64,000 nucleotides of DNA, from the NCBI GenBank assembly GCA_965214095.1, contig OZ243938.1, forward strand, positions 4,320,001 through 4,384,000, in the 5' to 3' direction. The translations under genes were made by a program, and so were the position numbers. The notes below the pieces were generated by a model that saw only the letters and a program-made list of their open reading frames with translations, was not told the origin of the DNA and searched no databases. This document shows positions 59,419-64,000 of the stretch, one piece after another. The stretch comes from Candidatus Poribacteria bacterium (lineage in GTDB: Bacteria; Poribacteria; WGA-4E; WGA-3G). How positions within the stretch are numbered: position 1 is the stretch's first letter; every line of letters begins with the position of its first letter.

Positions 59419-60192
59419 ATGAAAGTATTCTTCACACTGTTTCTGGTTATTCTAACGGTAGTATGTATTTCTGGACAAATGCTATCCGCTGAAACTTGGG
59501 TAGAGAATTTCAATGGTGGTAATCTTGATTCTTGGAAAGAATACGATGAACACTTCGGTACAGGTGTTTGGGCACCAAAAACTGTATGGAAGACTAAAGA
59601 TGGAATGTTGGATGTATGGATTGATCCACCGCCATCCCCCGGTATCTTTGCAATATTTCCACTTGAGTTTGTCGGTTTTCCAATTAAGGCTAATAAACTC
59701 AATGTAAGAGTGAAGATTGTACAGAAACTGCGTAATACTGACAGGATTGGTATTCTAATAGGTCAGCTTGATGAAAGAAACAATGTAATAAGTAATACGT
59801 TTCATTTTCTTAACGGATCATTTTTACCAATAAATAAAACGCCATTCAGAAACGGTGTAATACAAACACCACGTTCAGATAATATACTTGAAATTGCTCA
59901 TCAAGTAGATTCAGAACATTTTCCACTTGAGGAAATGGAAATATCATTTGACAACGGACATTTCAAGTTTATATCACAGAATAATCTACTGACTGAATTC
60001 AAGGTTGAACAAATGACTACGATTGATTGTTTAGGAGTAATTGCTTATGTGGAACGGGGTGGAGGACACCTTGGATTATTTGCATTAGATGATTTTGTTA
60101 TTTCTGGTCCGAATGTCCCTGCACACAGCAGTCTAAATGTGCATTCTATTGGTAAGACTGCAGTCTTATGGGGAGATCTGAAAAGACAATAA
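59419..60192 (+). CDS. Secreted protein with one copy of the same beta-rich domain
   Basis: WVENFNGGNLDSW...LEFVGFPI...GHF...LDDFVISGP; tail VHSIGKTAVLWGDLK. Confidence 0.82.
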   Translation: MKVFFTLFLVILTVVCISGQMLSAETWVENFNGGNLDSWKEYDEHFGTGVWAPKTVWKTKDGMLDVWIDPPPSPGIFAIFPLEFVGFPIKANKLNVRVKIVQKLRNTDRIGILIGQLDERNNVISNTFHFLNGSFLPINKTPFRNGVIQTPRSDNILEIAHQVDSEHFPLEEMEISFDNGHFKFISQNNLLTEFKVEQMTTIDCLGVIAYVERGGGHLGLFALDDFVISGPNVPAHSSLNVHSIGKTAVLWGDLKRQ

Positions 60193-60232
60193 TTATATTG
60201 GATATTCTATCGTAACCTATCCATTGAACTTA

Positions 60233-61060
60233 TCAAGTCATCAGATATGATATAAGTCTTTTCCCATCACGAAAATCAGGTATAATGATGTCCGCACCCA
60301 CGCGAATAAGTCGTTCTCTTTTATCTGCGTTCATATTGTAGATATTATCCTCCACAGACGCAACACCAACAGCAATCGCTCCCACTGCCTTCGCATTTTC
60401 AATCTCAACATATCCATCACCAATAATAAGCAGTTCACTACCACTCAGTTCAAAATCTGTGAGTATTTTCTGAATAACCATCGCTTTGGAAAACTTCTTG
60501 TACTCTCGCAATGCCCCATGTATACCACCATTGAAAAACTTTGCTACACCGAGAAGTTCAGCCTCATTCTTAACGAATTCAACATCTGTTCCACTTGCCA
60601 GATAGCATTGAACACCCATATCATGCAAACTCTTCAGGAATTCCAGTGACATCGGTACACGTAGTGTTTCACCGGATAAGGTTCCATCAGCAAGGTCTGC
60701 AATTCGTTTGTCAACGATGGGAAGTAGCCGATTATTATATTCGTCTTTGTAATCAAGCGGTTCCTTTGGTTCTCCACCCCGCTTTTCAACTTCTTCTACC
60801 AATTGCATCATCTGATAGATCGTCTGTTTCCCGGTCAATCTATCAACAAATTCAACGACGATTGCTTCTAACTTTTCGCGTGTTTCAGTTGTGTTGGTTT
60901 CGGTTTTGAGGAAATCAACCATCATAGGTACCATCACGTTTTGCCAACCATCTCTGATGAGAGAGATGGTCCCATCAAAATCAAAAACAGCATGTCGGAT
61001 GTTTCCTGTTTGGATATTATTGTGGATTTCAATACTGGTACCGTCTAAAAGTTGTTGCAT
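60233..61060 (-). CDS. HAD-superfamily hydrolase
   Basis: FDFDGT, ASGT, K, IGDG..E; ATG at 61060 follows GAGGAG. Confidence 0.88.
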   Translation of the reverse strand: MQQLLDGTSIEIHNNIQTGNIRHAVFDFDGTISLIRDGWQNVMVPMMVDFLKTETNTTETREKLEAIVVEFVDRLTGKQTIYQMMQLVEEVEKRGGEPKEPLDYKDEYNNRLLPIVDKRIADLADGTLSGETLRVPMSLEFLKSLHDMGVQCYLASGTDVEFVKNEAELLGVAKFFNGGIHGALREYKKFSKAMVIQKILTDFELSGSELLIIGDGYVEIENAKAVGAIAVGVASVEDNIYNMNADKRERLIRVGADIIIPDFRDGKRLISYLMT

Positions 61061-61166
61061 TGGTCTCCTCACACTTACAAAGTTGTTGATTTCTCACTAC
61101 TTATCTGATAATATAATGGCAAATGAATAATAATGCAACCAAAATCTGATTCTGGTCGGCAGTTGT

Positions 61167-62042
61167 ATGGATGAAAAAGAGATACTGAAGAAGATACAAC
61201 GTATTGATATATTTACTAATCGTTTAGTCAATACCATTTTTGCTGGAGAATATAGAAGTATATTCAAAGGACAAGGAATTACCTTTGACGAAGTGCGTGA
61301 GTATCAAGAAGGCGATGAAATTCGGACAATAGATTGGAATGTCACAGCACGGATGGGACATGCATATATCAAAAAATACGTAGAAGAACGTGAATTGGTG
61401 ATGATGCTTCTTGTTGACATGAGTGCATCAACACAGTTTGGGAGTATTTCAGAAACCAAAGCCGAGATAGCAGCAGAAATTGCAGCACTACTTGCATTTT
61501 CAGCCATCAGAAACAACGACAAAGTTGGACTGATGTGTTTTACAGATAAAGTAGAACATTATGTAGCACCACAAAAAGGAAAAAGACATGTCCTGAGAGT
61601 AGTCAGAGACATTCTCCGTTTTGAACCTAATCATGCAGGAACAGATATTTCTGAAGTATTATCCTTTGCAAATAAAATACTAAAACCACATAGTGTTGTC
61701 TTTCTTATCTCTGATTTCAAGGATACTGACTATCAAAAGCAGCTGCGTGTTACGGCAAAAAGGCATTCATTAATTGCTATAACGTTAACAGATCAAAGGG
61801 AATTGGAAATGCCGAATGTCGGACTAATTGCATTAACAGACCCAGAGACTGGTGATAAGATCGTTGTTGATACAAGGTCGGATCATGGCAGGCAATTATA
61901 TACAGAACATATACGTCAATCAGGAGAGGAACGACTACGGACATTACGGACAAGTAAGGTGGATAACATAGATATCAGAACAGATGAATCGTATGTTATT
62001 CCTCTCATTCGTTATTTCCACCAACGTGCTGCTCGTAGTTAA
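61167..62042 (+). CDS. DUF58 (vWA-like, MoxR-associated) protein
   Basis: FDEVREYQEGDEIRTIDWNVTAR, DMSAS, ISDF. Confidence 0.92.
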   Translation: MDEKEILKKIQRIDIFTNRLVNTIFAGEYRSIFKGQGITFDEVREYQEGDEIRTIDWNVTARMGHAYIKKYVEERELVMMLLVDMSASTQFGSISETKAEIAAEIAALLAFSAIRNNDKVGLMCFTDKVEHYVAPQKGKRHVLRVVRDILRFEPNHAGTDISEVLSFANKILKPHSVVFLISDFKDTDYQKQLRVTAKRHSLIAITLTDQRELEMPNVGLIALTDPETGDKIVVDTRSDHGRQLYTEHIRQSGEERLRTLRTSKVDNIDIRTDESYVIPLIRYFHQRAARS

Positions 62043-62096
62043 TAATATTCTTCAAAATATAATACAACTCAGATTTCTTAGTGGATACTTAGGTTT

Positions 62097-62873
62097 ATGA
62101 CTACACTTGAGGCAAAAGGTATAACACATGAATTTGTTCAGGATAAAACGAAAATACAAGTGTTGAAAAACCTAAACTTTTCTGTAAACAAAGGAGAGTT
62201 TGTCGCACTACTTGGTCCTTCAGGATGCGGTAAGAGTACGTTATTCAATATCATCTCTGGACTTATAACACCGCTTTCAGGTGAAATTTACCTAAATGGT
62301 AAACGACTTCAAGGCAATATTGGTGCATTCGGATATATGCAGCAAAAAGACCTCCTTCTACAATGGCGAACAGTATTGAAGAATGTCCTCATTGGTCCAG
62401 AAATACAAGGCGCATCGCTTGTTGATACAAAAATCGAAGCACTTGAATTATTGACGCAGCTTGGTTTGCAGGGGTTTGAAAAAAGTTATCCGATGCAACT
62501 TTCTGGTGGTATGCGTCAACGGGTTGCATTAGTTCGGACACTACTATTCAATAAAGATATCCTACTATTAGATGAACCGTTTGGTGCTTTAGATGCAATG
62601 ACACGCACTGTGATGCAATCCATACTTTTGGATATATGGAACAAAAACAGACAAACAGTGCTTCTTATTACGCATGATATTGAGGAAGCACTTGTACTTG
62701 CGGATAAAATCTATGTCCTAACTGCCAGACCGGCATCTATAAAAGCAACAGTGGATGTACCTTTATCAAGACCAAGAGATATAACAGAGAGAGACCTAAT
62801 TGACTTGAAGAGTAAACTGTTTGAGTTGTTGAAAATGGAAATGCAACAGGTGTTTGATACGAACCATCAATAA
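62097..62873 (+). CDS. ABC transporter ATP-binding protein (NitT/TauT type)
   Basis: GPSGCGKST, LSGGMRQR, LLDEPFGALD, ITHDIEEA. Confidence 0.92.
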   Translation: MTTLEAKGITHEFVQDKTKIQVLKNLNFSVNKGEFVALLGPSGCGKSTLFNIISGLITPLSGEIYLNGKRLQGNIGAFGYMQQKDLLLQWRTVLKNVLIGPEIQGASLVDTKIEALELLTQLGLQGFEKSYPMQLSGGMRQRVALVRTLLFNKDILLLDEPFGALDAMTRTVMQSILLDIWNKNRQTVLLITHDIEEALVLADKIYVLTARPASIKATVDVPLSRPRDITERDLIDLKSKLFELLKMEMQQVFDTNHQ

Positions 62874-62913
62874 CTATTTTTTAAATACTCGATACGATTT
62901 ACAAGGAGAAATT

Positions 62914-64000
62914 TTGATTAATCGTCTATTACATATCATTCTCATATTCATATTCATATTCATACCCGCATTATTTCATATTGGATGTGCAGAAGAAGCA
63001 GAGGATACGATTGTAATTCAATCGGTGGATCCACCTGATGGTAGTACTATCTTTACTAATTCTACAATTTCAATCACATTTGAACGCACACCACGAAATC
63101 TTACGGTCTCGGATGGAGAGTTTACGCTAACTGGTGATACTGTTTCAATTGTCGGACCTTTCCCATTAGGGAATCTTGAGATTGAACTCAATTGGGATGG
63201 AGGAAACCGAACGATTTCCTACACTGTTGAAGAAACTGAAATCCCAGAGGGCATGGCACTCATTCCTGCAGGTGAATTTCAATTAGGGAGTGTCAGCGGA
63301 GAGGCAGGAAGTATTGCTCAGAGCGGACATGCTGTCCATATTGATGCTTTCTATATTGACATCTATGAGGTGACGAATAGCCAATATAAAAAGTTCATTG
63401 AGAGCAATCCATCATGGCAAAAGAATAGTATCCCCAACCGATTCCATGATGGCAATTATCTGGCAAAATGGTCTGATAATACATTTCCAAGTGATATTGC
63501 TGATCATCCTGTTGTGTATGTAAGTTGGTATGCAGCAGCTGCCTATGCAAAGTGGATAGGTAAAAGGTTGCCAACTGAAGCAGAATGGGAGAAAGCCGCA
63601 CGCGGTGGTGTAGAAGGTCAAAAGTATCCATGGGGAAATACACTTGATGACGATAAGGTTAATTATAGTTTGAATATCGGTATCACTGGTGCCACGACCC
63701 CTGTCGGTGATTATCCTCCAAACGGATACGGTTTATATGACATAGTTGGCAATGTGTTGGAATGGTGTTTGGATGAATATGACAATGAATTTTACAACGA
63801 TCCACCCAAGAACAATCCGTTGAGTGGTGACAGAAACATAGAAGATATTCTTGAGAATTTTAGGAACATCAGTTCTTCACGTTCTGTCAGGGGTGGTTCT
63901 TGGGTAGAAAGTGGTCAACCAAGGATATGGATTACATATAGACGTGGCAATGATCCTGCTTCCACGAGTCAATTGGTTGGGTTTCGTTGTGTCAAATCTT
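62914..64000 (+). CDS. Lipoprotein with Ig-like and FGE-sulfatase (SUMF1-like) domains (3' partial)
   Basis: Absent from the ORF track because there is no stop in the window. AAGGAG RBS, TTG start, IGC lipobox, IPAGEFQLG, EVTN, HPVVYVSW, RLPTEAEWEKAARGG, GNVLEW, RGGSW, GFRC. Confidence 0.88.
   Translation, partial: MINRLLHIILIFIFIFIPALFHIGCAEEAEDTIVIQSVDPPDGSTIFTNSTISITFERTPRNLTVSDGEFTLTGDTVSIVGPFPLGNLEIELNWDGGNRTISYTVEETEIPEGMALIPAGEFQLGSVSGEAGSIAQSGHAVHIDAFYIDIYEVTNSQYKKFIESNPSWQKNSIPNRFHDGNYLAKWSDNTFPSDIADHPVVYVSWYAAAAYAKWIGKRLPTEAEWEKAARGGVEGQKYPWGNTLDDDKVNYSLNIGITGATTPVGDYPPNGYGLYDIVGNVLEWCLDEYDNEFYNDPPKNNPLSGDRNIEDILENFRNISSSRSVRGGSWVESGQPRIWITYRRGNDPASTSQLVGFRCVKS

Noticed and set aside
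55741-60192. tRNA-anchored genomic island or prophage
   Set aside because: No integrase, no duplicated tRNA 3' end seen by eye, and no phage genes; the downstream genes are lineage-typical secreted proteins.
62943-62964. CATATT x3.7 repeat in a signal peptide as a phase-variation switch
   Set aside because: The unit is 6 bp, so the frame is preserved, and the tract is short; it only lengthens the hydrophobic stretch.
62914-64000. FGE-domain protein as the sulfatase-maturing enzyme or a DGR target
   Set aside because: It is a lipoprotein lacking the catalytic Cys pair after RGGSW, and no reverse transcriptase or template repeat is visible in the window.

Overview
This is a 64 kb AT-rich bacterial chromosomal window with no rRNA, CRISPR array or prophage. 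The mix of secreted WD40 and LamG proteins, sulfatase-fold and PhyH enzymes and a PorV-like protein suggests Ca. Poribacteria (inference, not tested). Housekeeping genes (thrC, scpAB, tRNA nucleotidyltransferase, dusB-dapF-dapA, purL-purQ, xylA, cstA, tRNA-Gly/Cys/Val) are interleaved with accessory genes. The most notable observations are: (1) five secreted proteins of at least two different folds share a strictly spaced C-terminal tail V-x4-K-x4-WG-x-[IL]-K, a candidate sorting signal; (2) a UvrD/Rep helicase has a homing-type GIY-YIG nuclease inserted in-frame in subdomain 1B and lies just behind a truncated mazF; (3) two families of TATAGT...ACTATA-ended MITEs carry GTAG-REP hairpins with a near-constant loop core and three covarying stems; (4) a stand-alone Rad52/Sak-like annealing protein has an SSB-like acidic tail ending in PF; (5) a nuclease-DUF4268 gene is coupled to a CapV-like patatin with no cyclase; (6) a 1042-bp IS splits a LamG gene, is in frame with it at both ends, and has a T8 frameshift site and a probable ATT start. 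All calls come from reading motifs by eye; no database searches were run.
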